From Mobula hypostoma (Eukaryota), in assembly GCF_963921235.1 (NCBI RefSeq), contig NC_086097.1, forward strand, positions 18,106,001-18,170,000: a stretch of DNA of 64,000 nt. The letters run 5' to 3'. The position numbers were made by a program, and so were the translations under genes. Shown here piece after piece: positions 1 through 11,380 of this stretch (its first letter is position 1; each line of letters begins with the position of its first letter). Below the pieces are notes generated by a model. The model did no database searches. It was not told where the DNA came from and saw only the letters and a list, made by a program, of their open reading frames with translations.

Positions 1-322
1 TTCCATGGCCTTCTGTCCTCTCCTATCAAATTCACCCTTCTCCAGACTTTTATCTCTTTCACCAATTGACTTTCCAGCTCTTTAATTCACCACTCCCCTG
101 CTCCCAGTTTCACCTATCGCCTACCATCTTATATTTCTTCCTCCCCTCTCCCCACCTTCTCACTCTGACTTCATCTTTTTTCTCCAGTCCTGATGAAGTG
201 TCTCAGCCCCAAATGTCAACTGTTTACTATTCTCCATTGTCGCTGCCAGGCCTGCTGAATTCCTCCAGCAGTTTCTGTGTGCTGCTCAAATTTCCAGTGT
301 CTGCAGATTTTCTTTTGTTTGT
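1..322 (+). mobile_element. Penelope-like element 3' end / pseudo-LTR remnant
   Basis: Same pyrimidine-rich 3' region, degenerate CTGATGA motif (~190) and ...TTTCCAGTGTCTGCAGATTTTCTTTTGTTT end as the GIY-YIG-linked copy at 14401-15438. Confidence 0.7.
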
Positions 323-448
323 GCAATGTAGAAATTAAGCTGTTTCTGCCAATGAGCTCGAAGGGATTGCTGTTAAGTGCCATTGTAGACTCTTTATCTT
401 GTTATTTCATGTCCTCCTTATTTATTGCTATTTATTTATATTTGCACT

Positions 449-2372
449 TCAGAATCAGAATCAGAATCTGGATTATTATCACTGGCATGTGACATGAAAT
501 TTGTTAACTTAGCAGCAGCAGTTCAATGCAATACGTAATATAGAAGAGATAAAATAAAATAAACAATAATAAATAAATAAATTACAGTATGCGTATATTG
601 AATAGGTTTTAAAAATTGTGCAAAAAGCAGAAATATTGTATATTAAAAAGTAAGGTAGTGTCCAAGGATTTAATGTCCATTTAGGAATCAGATGACAGAG
701 AGGAAGAAGCTGTTCCTGAATTGCTGAGTGTGTGTCTTCAGGCTTCTGTACCTCCTACCTGATGGTAACAATGAGAAAAGGGCATGCCCTGGGTGATGGA
801 AGTCCTTAATAATGGATGCTGCCTTTCTGAGACACTGCACCCTGAAGTTGTCCTGGGTACTTTGTAGGCTAGTACCCAAGATGGAGCTGACTAGATTTAC
901 AACCCTCTGCAGCTGCTTTTGGTCCTGTGCAGTAGCCCCTCCGTACCAGACAGTGATGCAGCCTGTCAGAATGCTCTCCATGGTACATTTATAGAAGTTT
1001 CTGAGTGTACTTGTTGACATGCCATATCTCTTCAAAGTCCTAATGAAGTATAGCCGCTGTCTTGCCTTCTTCATAACTATCGATATGCTGGTACCAAGTT
1101 AGATCCTCAGAGATCTTGACACCCAGGAACTTGAAGCTGCTCACTCTCTCCACTTCTGATCCCTCTATGAGGATTGGTATGTGTTCCTTCGACTTACCCT
1201 TCCTGAAGTCCACAATCAGCTCTTTCGTCTTACTGACGTTGAGTGCCAGGTTGTTGCTGTGGCACCACTCCACTAGCTGGCATATCTCACTCCTGTGTGC
1301 CCTCTTGTCACCACCTGAGATTCTACCAACAATGGTTGTATCGTCCGCAAATTTATAGATGGTATTTGAGCTATGCCTACCAACACAGTCATGTGTATAT
1401 AGAGAGTAGAGCAGTGGGCTAAGCACACATCCCTGAGGTGCACAAGGTGCACCCCTGAGGTTGATCATCAGCTAGGAGGATATGTTATCACCAATCAACA
1501 CAGGTTGTGGTCTTCCGGTTAGGAAGTTAAGGATCCAACTGCAGAGGGAGGTACAGAGGTCTAGGTTCTGCAGCTTCTCAATTAAGATTGTAGGAATGAT
1601 GGGATTAAATGCTAAGCTATATTCACCGAACAGCATCCTGACATAGGTACTTGTGTTGTCCAGGTGGTCTAAAGCTGTGTGGAGAGCCATTGAGATTGCA
1701 TCTGCCATTGACCTATTGTGGCAATAGGCAAATTGCAATGGGTCCAGGTCCTTGCTGAGGCAGGAGTTCAGTCTAGTCATAACCAACCTCTCAAAGCATT
1801 TCATCACTGTAGATGTGAGTGTTACCAGGTGATAGTCATTAAGGAAGCTCACATTATTTTTCTTGGTCACATATAATTGTTGCCTTTTTGAAGTGAGTGG
1901 AAACTTCCACCCATAGTAGTGAGATGTTGAAAATATCCTTGAATACTCTCACTAGTTGTTTGGCACAGGTTTTCAAAGCCTAACCAGGTACTCCTTCCGG
2001 ACCTTCCGCCTTGCCAGGGTTCACCCTCTTTAAAGACAGCCTATGTTCTCTGTCTTAGGGTCATCAGGTGCAGCAGGGATCTTCACAGCTGTAGTTGTGC
2101 TCTCCCTTTCAAAGTGGACATAGAAGACATTGAGTTCATCTGGTAGTGAAGCATTTCTGCTATTCATGCTATTGGGTTTCGCCTTGTAGGACCCAGCCAG
2201 AGTGGCCATGCCTCCAATGTCGCCTCCAACCTCGTTTGAAATTGCCTCTTCGCCCTTGAAGTAGCCCTCTGCAAATCATACCTGGTTGTTTGGTACAGGC
2301 CTGGGTCGCCAGACTTGAATGCCATAGATCTAGCCTTCAGCAGCTGACATACCTCCTGGTTCATCCATGGCT
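449..2372 (-). mobile_element. Rex1/Babar-type LINE, 5'-truncated, frameshifted RT
   Basis: ORFs 688-1074, 1040-1468 ([27 protein letters not shown]), 1472-1870 and 2164-2364; (ATTCTG)n tail at 449-468. Confidence 0.9.
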
Positions 2373-4361
2373 TGTTGCACAGTTTGTTGTCTTTTGCACT
2401 CTAATTGATCTTTCATTGATCCTGTTATAGTCACTATTCTATAGAATTGCTGAATATGCCTGCAGAAAAAGAATCTCATTTTTGTATGTGGTGACAAATA
2501 TGTACTCTGATAATAAAATTTACTTCTAACTTTTTGAACTTTGTTTGGAAAGGGGGGTATGGACCAAATCAATGTGGCAGGTCCCAGGCTCGAGTCTCGA
2601 TTAGGTCGATTTAAGCGATGGGCCAGACTGAAAAGATTAGGGTGTCGGGGCCGGAGGACAGGGCTGGGCCAGGTGCTCAGCAAGGTTTACTCATCTCTGC
2701 ACTGAATTGAGGCTGTGGCTACAAATAACTAGCTGCTGGTTCGGTTTTGACTAGCTTCATGTCTGTGGACTCACTTTTGTGAGCTTCTGTTCTGAATGTT
2801 ATTTGCTTACTTTTATTGTTTTCATGATTTGCTTTTTTTTCCTCTGGACACTGACAATCTTTTATTTCCATGGGTTCTGTTGGGATTCATTGTTTTGTTA
2901 TTGCCTGCAACAAGATGAATCTCAAGGTTGTATAAAGTATACAAACTTGGATAATAAATGCACTTTGAACTTTGAACTTTGATCCATAGTGCGTAAAATC
3001 CAAGGGGAGTTGCTTGGAATGAGGGAGTCATAAGTAATGGATTAGTACAAATGATTTGCTGCTCAGTGCAGATTAAGTGGGGCTGAGAAATATCTACCCA
3101 TCCTGTATAATCTTATGCTTGTTAAAGTCAGGAAGAGTCCTTCAGTATCTGCTGCACCACTTCCTCTGGATTTCTGTGAACTGAAGCAGTTCTAGAGGTT
3201 TACAAATAATTGTAGAGCCATTACGAGAAGAATTCAGCCAGTTCCCAATATCATTGATTATCCCTTTATGTAGTTCTAGTGGGGCGAAGGGTTTGTGTGG
3301 CCTGGTCTTTTATATCTAGTTCTGCAGGTACCATTGACAATATAGATTGTCTTGGAATTGGAGCAAATTCTCGGCCTCGGTACAAGGTTGTGGTGCATCA
3401 TCTGGACTGAAAACAGAACTAAAGATTGGACAGGAATGATGTTGTCCGGACCTTGCACTTCCTCTGTGGATTTATCTGTCATCCACTTATTCAGTGAGAA
3501 GGATGTGGATGTGAATGGCACTGGCCCAGCCAGCATTTACTTCCCTTTTTGATTTGCCTCCGAACTGAGTAGCCATTTCAGAGTGTAGTCAAACACAGCC
3601 TTGTTCCCTAAATTGTATGGGGTTTAACATCTGCAGAATACTTTTGTGCTCACTAATGCTGAAACTAGATTTTTAGTCCATATTTAAAGATGGTGAATTG
3701 CTCCACTCCTCCCCCCAAGTTACTATTGCGGGATTTGAACCCTAAACTATTAACCAACACCATTTGGAGAGGCTACAGTACCTGCAACATTCCCATCATT
3801 ACCCTGGGAATCTTTCTGACAGCCAATTACCCTTTGTCAATTACACCAAGGTCATTGGACCTGAGGGAAAAGAGAGATATGAACGGAAAGAATAGTTTAT
3901 AGATACCTGTCCAGGAGACTGACGTTAATCTACTATTACTTTAGGTTGCATTTTGAAATCAGATGCCAAACTCCAAAAGAAGTACTCCTGGCTGCAATGA
4001 CTGGAGTAATCCGAGGAAATTCTGGTCCAGTGTAATGCAACATTGCTGCAAGAATGGTCTTTGATCTTGGGATCCAACAAAAGCTATCTTGTTTTTCTGA
4101 GTGCAGATTGCATTGCTAACCTGCTGTTACTTGGATAATTATTTCAGTGGACTTCCCTTTTTTTGAAGAAGACATGTCACGATGCTCTGATCAGTGATGC
4201 ATCCTGGGGTCATCGGGTGTTTTTGATCTTCTAACATCAGACATCCTCACCCAGGCGACCCAGCCGTGGTTGATGAAGCCATGACTTGTGTTCCGCGATT
4301 GTGTGGTACAGATCCCCATGGAGTTGTTCTCTTCATCTAGAGCCATCTGGAGACTTTCTCT

Positions 4362-4769
4362 TGCAAACACGAGGGATTCTGCAGATGCTGGAAATTCAAG
4401 CAACACACATCAAAGTTGCTGGTGAACGCAGCAGGCTAGGCAGCATCTCTAGGAAGAGGTGCAGTCGACGTTTCAGGCCGAGACCCTTCGTCAGGACTAA
4501 CTGAAGAAAGAGCTAGTAAGAGATTTAAAAGTGGGAGGGGGAGGGGGAGATCCAAAATGATAGGGGAAGACAGGAGGGGGAGGGATGAAGCCAAGAGCTG
4601 GACAGTTGATTGGCAAAGGGGATATGAGAGGATCATGGGACAGGAGGCCCAGGGAGAAGGAAAAGTGGGGGGAAACCCAGAGGATGGGCAAGGGGTATAG
4701 TCAGAGGGACAGAGGGAGAAAAAGGAGAGTGAGAGAAAGAATGTGTGTATATAAATAATGGATGGGGAA
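4362..4769 (-). mobile_element. Penelope pseudo-LTR insertion
   Basis: Near-identical to the 15030-15438 pLTR; 12-bp TSD GAGACTTTCTCT at 4350-4361 and 4770-4781. Confidence 0.85.
4462..4499 (-). ncRNA. Minimal type I hammerhead ribozyme motif
   Basis: Reverse strand reads AGTC-CTGACGA-AGG(GTCTCGG)CCT-GAAAC-GTC-GACT: both core boxes, helix I, helix II and palindromic ACGT helix III. Confidence 0.8.
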
Positions 4770-5675
4770 GAGACTTTCTCTGCTGCCTCGGTGATCTGCC
4801 AATGGCTCTCTGACTCCTTGTACCAGCGATACCCAATGCGCTGAGGGCTCTGTGAAGAGACCATCCAATGAAGCCCCAGCAGTCCACATCAATGGGCATG
4901 CACTTTGCCTTCCATCCCTGCCTTCGACCGTCACTGACCAGTTCCTCGTATCCGGCAAGCTTCCTCTCTTGGGGCTCTTCCAGACTCTTCTCCCATGGCG
5001 CTGTCAGCTCCAGTAAGATGATGTGGTTTGCTGTCTCTGAGACCAACAGGATGTCTGGTCTCAAGGTGAACTTCCCATTGTGCTATGGGGACTTCAGTAG
5101 TTTCTTCAGGCCAGTCATGAGCTGCCAGTTGGGAGCGGATGCCAGAATCCCTGTGGGTGTCTTTGCTCTTGCTTCTGATTGTCCTCCAGCTGTCACAAAG
5201 GTGGCGGTTCGATTGCAGGGTTGAGCTCTTTTGCTGTTACTGATTCTTAAGAACATTGCCTCTGTGAGAGTCCTCAACACCTGAGCATGTCTCCAGTGGT
5301 ATCAGCCCTCTCCAAGAGCTTTCGGGCAGCAACTCAGGATGTGCTCCAAGGTTCGTCTCCTGGAACACAACAGACAGTCTGGGGCATCAACCTTCCCCCG
5401 GCTCTGCAGGTTAGGTGGGCTGGGCAATTCCTTTTTATCAGAGTTTCTGGTTTGTATATCAACAGAGCTTCATAGTTATCTGTCATAGGATCTACATTTG
5501 TTTCTGAACAGTTTCTGAGAGAAAAGAATTAGCATATAAATATGTTTACGTAGTTGGCCAATCTACCTTTTGAAATGACATTTTGCCAGTTCAATTTCAC
5601 TTTTGGTCAATTTATGTTTTTCTCTTTCCTATTTTTAATATTTATTTGGGATGGTACTGAATGTTTTTCGTTCAG

Positions 5676-5834
5676 ATGTTTGTCGTAAAAAAGAACAGCC
5701 AAGATTGTCAGATGAATGTGAAATATGATGAAGCAGAAAAGGCCAACTGCGCACCAAATAAACACCTGAATTCAGCAAAATTGGACACGACACTGCAATC
5801 TGATTCACTCAAGCACCAGGCACAATTGCCTTCG
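5676..5834 (+). CDS. Candidate internal coding exon of an unidentified host gene (MFVVKKNSQDCQ...KHQAQLPS)
   Basis: Non-repeat sequence; T-rich tract ending TTTTTCGTTCAG; 159-nt open frame (phase 0-0); weak donor TCG|GTATTG. Confidence 0.4.
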
Positions 5835-6264
5835 GTATTGCTGGCAACCGTGTGGATCATATAATTTACTTGGCTGCATATTACTGTCAAATCCTCATAA
5901 GTCCCAAGGATTGCAATTAAACACAAATAGGGATAAGCACATTGCATTAGACTAGGTAGCTTTGTGGTGGCTGGAAAAGTACCATTAGCACTGGCAGATT
6001 GACTGAAACGCAGGAGGCATATAACCATGCTCACTTCCATGACTGCAGAGGTCACCCAACATCAGTAGTGCTGTACAGTGGCTAGAGACACCAGCTGTAG
6101 TTCAATAATGTAAGAGCTAATGCAAGTTCAAGCTGCAAGCAAAACATTGCAAATGCTGGTTATCTGAAATGCAGTAGAAAACACTCACCAGGTCAGGCAG
6201 TATCTCTGGTGAGGAGAGCCGGGTTTCTGAGAAAAGGCCATTGACTTAGAACATGAACGGTGTT

Positions 6265-8299
6265 ACACACACAAAATGCTGGAGGAACTCAGCAAACCAG
6301 GCAGCACCTAGGAAAAGAGTTGAAACCCTTCGGCAGGACTGGAGAAAAAAAAAGCTGAGGAGTAGATTTAAAAAGTGGGGGAGGGGAGAGAGAAACAAAG
6401 GTGATAGGTGAAACCAGAAGGGGAGGGATGAAATAAAGAGCTGAGAAGTTGATTGGCGAAAGAGACAGGTGGCTATGAAAGAAAGAAAAGGGGTGAGGAG
6501 GTGATGGGTGGGCAAGGAGATAAGGTGAGAGAGGGAAAAGGGGATGGGATATGGTGAAGGTAGAGGGCATTCCTGGAAGTTTGAGAAATCAATGTTCATA
6601 CCATCAGGTTGGAGGCTACCCAAATGGAATATAAGGTGTTGCTCCTCCAACCTAAATGTGGCCTCATCACGACAGTGGAGGAGGCCGTGGATGGACGTAT
6701 TGGAACGGAAATGGGAAGTGGAATTAAAATGGGAGGCCACTGGGAGATCCCGCTTTATCTGGCGGATGGAGCATAGGTGCTCGGCGAAGCTGTCTCCCAA
6801 TCTATGTCGGGTCTCACCAATATACAAGAGATCACACCGAGCACCGGACACAGTGTATGGCCCCAACAGACTCACAGGTGAAGTGTTCCCTCACCTGGAA
6901 GGACTGTTTAGGGCCCTGAATGGTAGTGAGGGAGGAGATGTAGGGGCAGGTGTAGCACTTGTTCCACTTGCAAGGATAAGTGCCAAGAGGGAGATTAGTG
7001 AGGAGGGACAAATGGACAAGGGAGTCGCGTAGGGAGTGATCCCTGTAGAAAACAGAAAGTGGGGGCGAAGGGGAAGATGTGCTTGGTGGTGGGATCCCGC
7101 TGGAGATGGCGTAAGTTTTGGAGAGCTATGTGCTGGACACGCAGGCTGGTGAGGTGGTAGGTGAGGATAAGAGGAACCGTATCCCTGGTTGGGTGGCGGG
7201 AAGATGGGGTAAGAGCGAGAGCATGTGAAATGGAAGAGATGTGGTGGAGGACAGCGTTGATGGTGGAGGAAGGGAAGCCCCTTTCTTTGAAAAAGGAGAA
7301 CATTGCCTTTGTTCTAGAATGAAAAGCTTCATCTTGAGAACAGATGTGGCGGAGGTGGAGGAATTGAGAGAAGAGGATGGCATTTTTACAAGTAACAGGG
7401 TGGGAAGAGGTATAGTCCAGGTAGCTGTGAGGATCCATGGGTTTACCTGTCCACTGATGTCTATTATAAACCCATGGACTTTCACAGCTACCTGGACTAT
7501 ACCTCTTCCCACCCTGTTATTTGTAAAAACACCATCCCCTTCTCTCAATTCCTCCATCCAAGTGCTACACCTGCCCCTACACCTCCTCCTTCACTATCAT
7601 TCAGGGCCCTAAACAGTCCTTCCAGGTGAGGTGACACTTCACCTGTGAGTCTTTCGTGGTCATATACTGTGTCCGGTGCTCGGTGTGGCCTCCTGTATAT
7701 CGGTGAGACCCGACATAGATTGAGAGGCTGCTTCACAGAGCACCTACACTCCATAGTAGGATCTCCTAGTGGCCACCCATTTTAATTCCATTTCCCATTC
7801 CTATTCCGATATGTTCATTCATGGCCTCCTCCACTGTTATGATGAAGCCACACTCAGGTTGGAGGAACAACACCCTATATTCTGTTTGGGTAGCATCCAA
7901 CCTGATGACATGAACATCAATTTCTCAAACTTCCAGTAATGCCCCCACCACAATCCCTTCACCATTTCCCATTCCCTTTTCCCTTTCCCACCTTATCTCC
8001 TTGCCTGCTCCCACCCGCTTTCTCTCTTCCATGGCCTTCTGTCTCTTTTACCAATCAACTTCCCAGCTCTTTACACCATCCGTCCCCCTTCAGCTTTCAC
8101 CTATCATCCTGTGTTTTTCTCCCCCCCCCACCTTTTAAATCTACTCTTCAGCTTTTTTTCCTCCAGTCCTGCCAATGGGTTTTGGCCCAAAATGGTGACT
8201 GTACCCTTTTCCTAGATGCTGCTCGGCCTGTTGAGGTCCTCCAGCATTTTGTGTCTGTTGCTCGGATTTCCAGCATCTGCAGATTTCCTCTTGTTTGTG
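6265..8299. mobile_element. Penelope element with inverted arms (minus arm 6265-7445, plus arm 7446-8299)
   Basis: GIY-YIG ORF 6246-6875 (LLYIGETRHRLGDSFAEH) and RT C-terminal ORF 6995-7438; degenerate 14-bp TSD ACATGAACGGTGTT (6251-6264) / ACATGAACTATGTT (8300-8313). Confidence 0.85.
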
Positions 8300-9196
8300 A
8301 CATGAACTATGTTCCTTGCTCCACAGAAAAATGGTGATTGGCTATTATTTTTACAAGGTAGTGTAGCAGTTAGCATTATGCTGTTACTGACCCAGGTTCA
8401 ATTCAGAACGTTGTCTGTAAGGAGTTTGTACATTCTCTTCGCAACCACATGGGCTTTCGTCAGGTGCTCCGGTTTCCTCCCATGTTCCAAAGACGTACAG
8501 GTGAGCAGGAAAATTGATCCCATGGGTACAATTGAGCGGCATGGGATGGTTTGGCCAAAATGGCCTGTTGCTGTGTTGTATCGCTTAATTACATTAATGT
8601 ATCAAAATACAGTTTACATGCTATCCAGGCAGGTGATTCTATGCATAAATATATCAGGATTGTTTTGGGGGACAGAGGGGAGTCGGGGGCCAGGATAGAG
8701 TTTAGGGACAGGGATGTGGGGAGTTAGATGTCAGATGGAGTTGAAGCCTTTGCTTCATATTCCACATTCATAGGCCAGCAATGGATGTCAGGACAGTGGC
8801 AAGCGCTGCGGATGAAGACTAGCAAGGATGAGGGCTGCTATACCCTCCCGCTCTGACACCCAGTCAGCAAGTCCACCACAGTATCAATGAGATCAGAAGT
8901 CTGGGCATGCAGGAGGCCCGGTAGCTGGCAACCCCTCGGTATGCAAGACAGCAGGTCCAGAGTTCCAGACCTGGAGCTTGGGCTCCTGTCATCAGCGAGT
9001 TTGAGGCCTGGATTTCGGGTCTGGGGCTGATACTAAAGAGCGAAGCCCAAATGTCGACTGAAAATCTGGAAGTTCAATATTCGAAGCTCTGGGTCTGTAT
9101 GTCTACTGGGGAAGTCGGAGGCCTATTTTCTGAGAGACCAGAAGTCCAGTGGAGGCTAGAAGCTGGCAGGCCTCTGCTGGAATTGGAGGAGAGGAG

Positions 9197-9198
9197 TG

Positions 9199-9261
<63 letters not shown>
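9197..9261. repeat. (TG)n microsatellite
   Basis: Direct dinucleotide run with one interruption. Confidence 0.98.
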
Positions 9262-9264
<3 letters not shown>

Positions 9265-10887
9265 GTGGGGGAGGATGATCGAGAGGAAGGTAAGGGCCTT
9301 GTTTTGTTGTTGGTGTTTTGTTGCTGCTGTTCTGCTGAACATTATGAGCATTATTATGTCGGTGCTGGAATGCATGGTGACATTTCTGGGCTACCTCCAG
9401 CACATCTTTAGTGTTACATTTGTGGTATGAGGAAGCTGGGTGGCCTTGAATAACACACATGAGAAACAGAGGGATAAGGAACAAAGTGTGCACGCTTTAT
9501 TCCCTCTCTTATTACGTCATTATGTTCTGTACATAACACACAGGGAAGCTTGATGGCAACTCGTAAGGGTCAAAATATATATGAATACATATCATATCCC
9601 TTCCCCCCTTACTTTAAAGATTTCTCCCCCTTCACAGACCAGCTGCTGAACTATTAATATTCAATGGAGTAATCATCAAATTCAACCAACAACAAAAAAC
9701 ATTTTTTTCTCTAAACGAGGGAAGAGGACAGTCTGCCTCCATTTGTAGACATAACCCTGGGGATTATTCTGTCCCATGTGCTGAGAGTTAGTCACTAAAC
9801 TAGAGATTCAATCTGTTTGGAGGCTGCCTGTTCCTGTGAGAGTACCGACAGCCTGGGGATGATGCCAAAGTGATTTTATCTCTTGGTGGTGTACGTATAG
9901 AACTGGGCTTGGGTACTACGTTGTCAACAGGGGGCACCTCAGAAAGCACAGGTGATGAAGGAGCTCTGACTGTGTCACTTGATCTGAACGGAGGTTCTGT
10001 AGTCGTTGTCTCAGAACCCTGCCCCATCTCTACAAATGGATCTGGATTATTCAGCTTGTGTTGGTTTTCAGGAGCTGCAGAAATGGGCAAGATGACTTCT
10101 CCAGATGTTGTGGTTACTAGTTTCCACTGTGTGTGATACAGGACCAACTTGAGCCAACAGTGTCACAGGTATCCACTTTGTTCCAGAGATGTAGTTCTGG
10201 GCAAGTCTTGCTGTGAGACATCTGTACGTTGCTTTAGCATGTCTTTCTGCTTGGCTTTTCTATTCATTTTGCACAATCTACTTTGTGTCTGGGGGTCCAA
10301 ACACGTTAAGCCAGGTGCAAAGCCATTTTTTCTTCAGTGTAGTGGCAGGAGCCACTTTGGTGTTGTGACACATGTTTCAGTACATCAGTAAGAAAACACT
10401 GAGACGCTGCTTGAGGGTTTCGCTTCCCACTGAATCTTTGGGGGCTTGTTTCATTGTTTGTACGAATTGTTCAGCAAGGCCATTAGCGGCTGGATAATAT
10501 GATGCTGACTTGATGGGCTCATTACTATCTGCTTCCATAAATGCCTTAAACTCATCAGACAGGAGTTGTGGGTCTTTGTCACTTACAAGCTGTTAAGGAA
10601 GCTCAAAACAGCTAAAGATGGAACGTAGCTCCTCAATGCATTTTTCAGATTATGGTGCTCTTCATGATGGCAACTTCAGGCCATTTTCTGTGTGCGTTTA
10701 CTAAGACAAAGAACATGTGGCCTTCTAAAGGTCCTGCAAGTTCTATGTGAATCCTCGGCCATGGTTCTTCAGGCCATTCTCATGGATGTAAAGAAGCAAG
10801 ATGAGGAACATTTCTTACTTGCTGACAATGTGCATATGCTTTGGCTTTCTCTTCAATGGTTGCGTCTGGTTCTGCCCATCAGAAGTA

Positions 10888-11380
10888 CAGTACTGTGCAG
10901 AAATCTATATATAGCTAGGGTGTACAGTACTGTTGTAATTTATGTATTGCACTGTACTGCTGCTGCAAAACATAAACAAATTTCACGACATGTGGGTGAA
11001 GATAAACTTGATTCTGATATGGGTCTCTATTGTCGACCGAGAGTGGGAAGGGGGTAGGAAGAGGGGAATCGTGGTTAGGAAAAGGGGAAGAGAGAGGGGA
11101 GGTACTGGGAAACATCAGGGAGACATTCTGTAATGATCAATAAACCAATTGCTTAGAATCAAATGACCTTGGGGCTGGCTGTGTCTGAGTCTGCACCACC
11201 CCTGGCCCTGGTGCTCCTCTGCCACCTGCCCCACACTGCTCCCATGGCACTCCACACTCGCCATTCCCAGCATCCAGTTTTACAAGCTTGCTCTCGGCTC
11301 CATATTGACAAATACAGTACTGTACAAAAGTCTTAGGCACAGTAGCTATATACATGTGCCTAAGACTCTGCACGGTACTG
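10888..11380. mobile_element. Composite Tc1/mariner-like MITE (copy 1)
   Basis: CAGTACTGTGCA... termini; TA before and CA (probable mutated TA) after; hairpin mini-element at 11315-11380; interrupts Gypsy integrase sequence. Confidence 0.7.

Larger units (their letters stand above)
4190..5460 (-). mobile_element. Hero-clade (R2-group, restriction-like endonuclease) non-LTR retrotransposon 3' fragment, split by a Penelope pLTR
   Basis: ORF 4633-5064 (RPDILLVSE...LLELTAPWE...ERKLAGYEEL) has the RLE PD-(D/E) signature; upstream CCHC remnant EHILSCCPKALGEG near 5300-5350. Confidence 0.8.

Noticed and set aside
5708..6055. 115-aa minus-strand ORF
   Set aside because: No recognisable motif or splice support; it overlaps the better-supported + strand exon candidate.
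8328..8358. Micro-exon between ...CTCCACAG and GTAGTG
   Set aside because: The acceptor derives from an old Penelope-like remnant and the donor from a SINE head.
9051..9493. ORFs rich in CV/HT dipeptides
   Set aside because: Translation artefacts of the (TG)n microsatellite.
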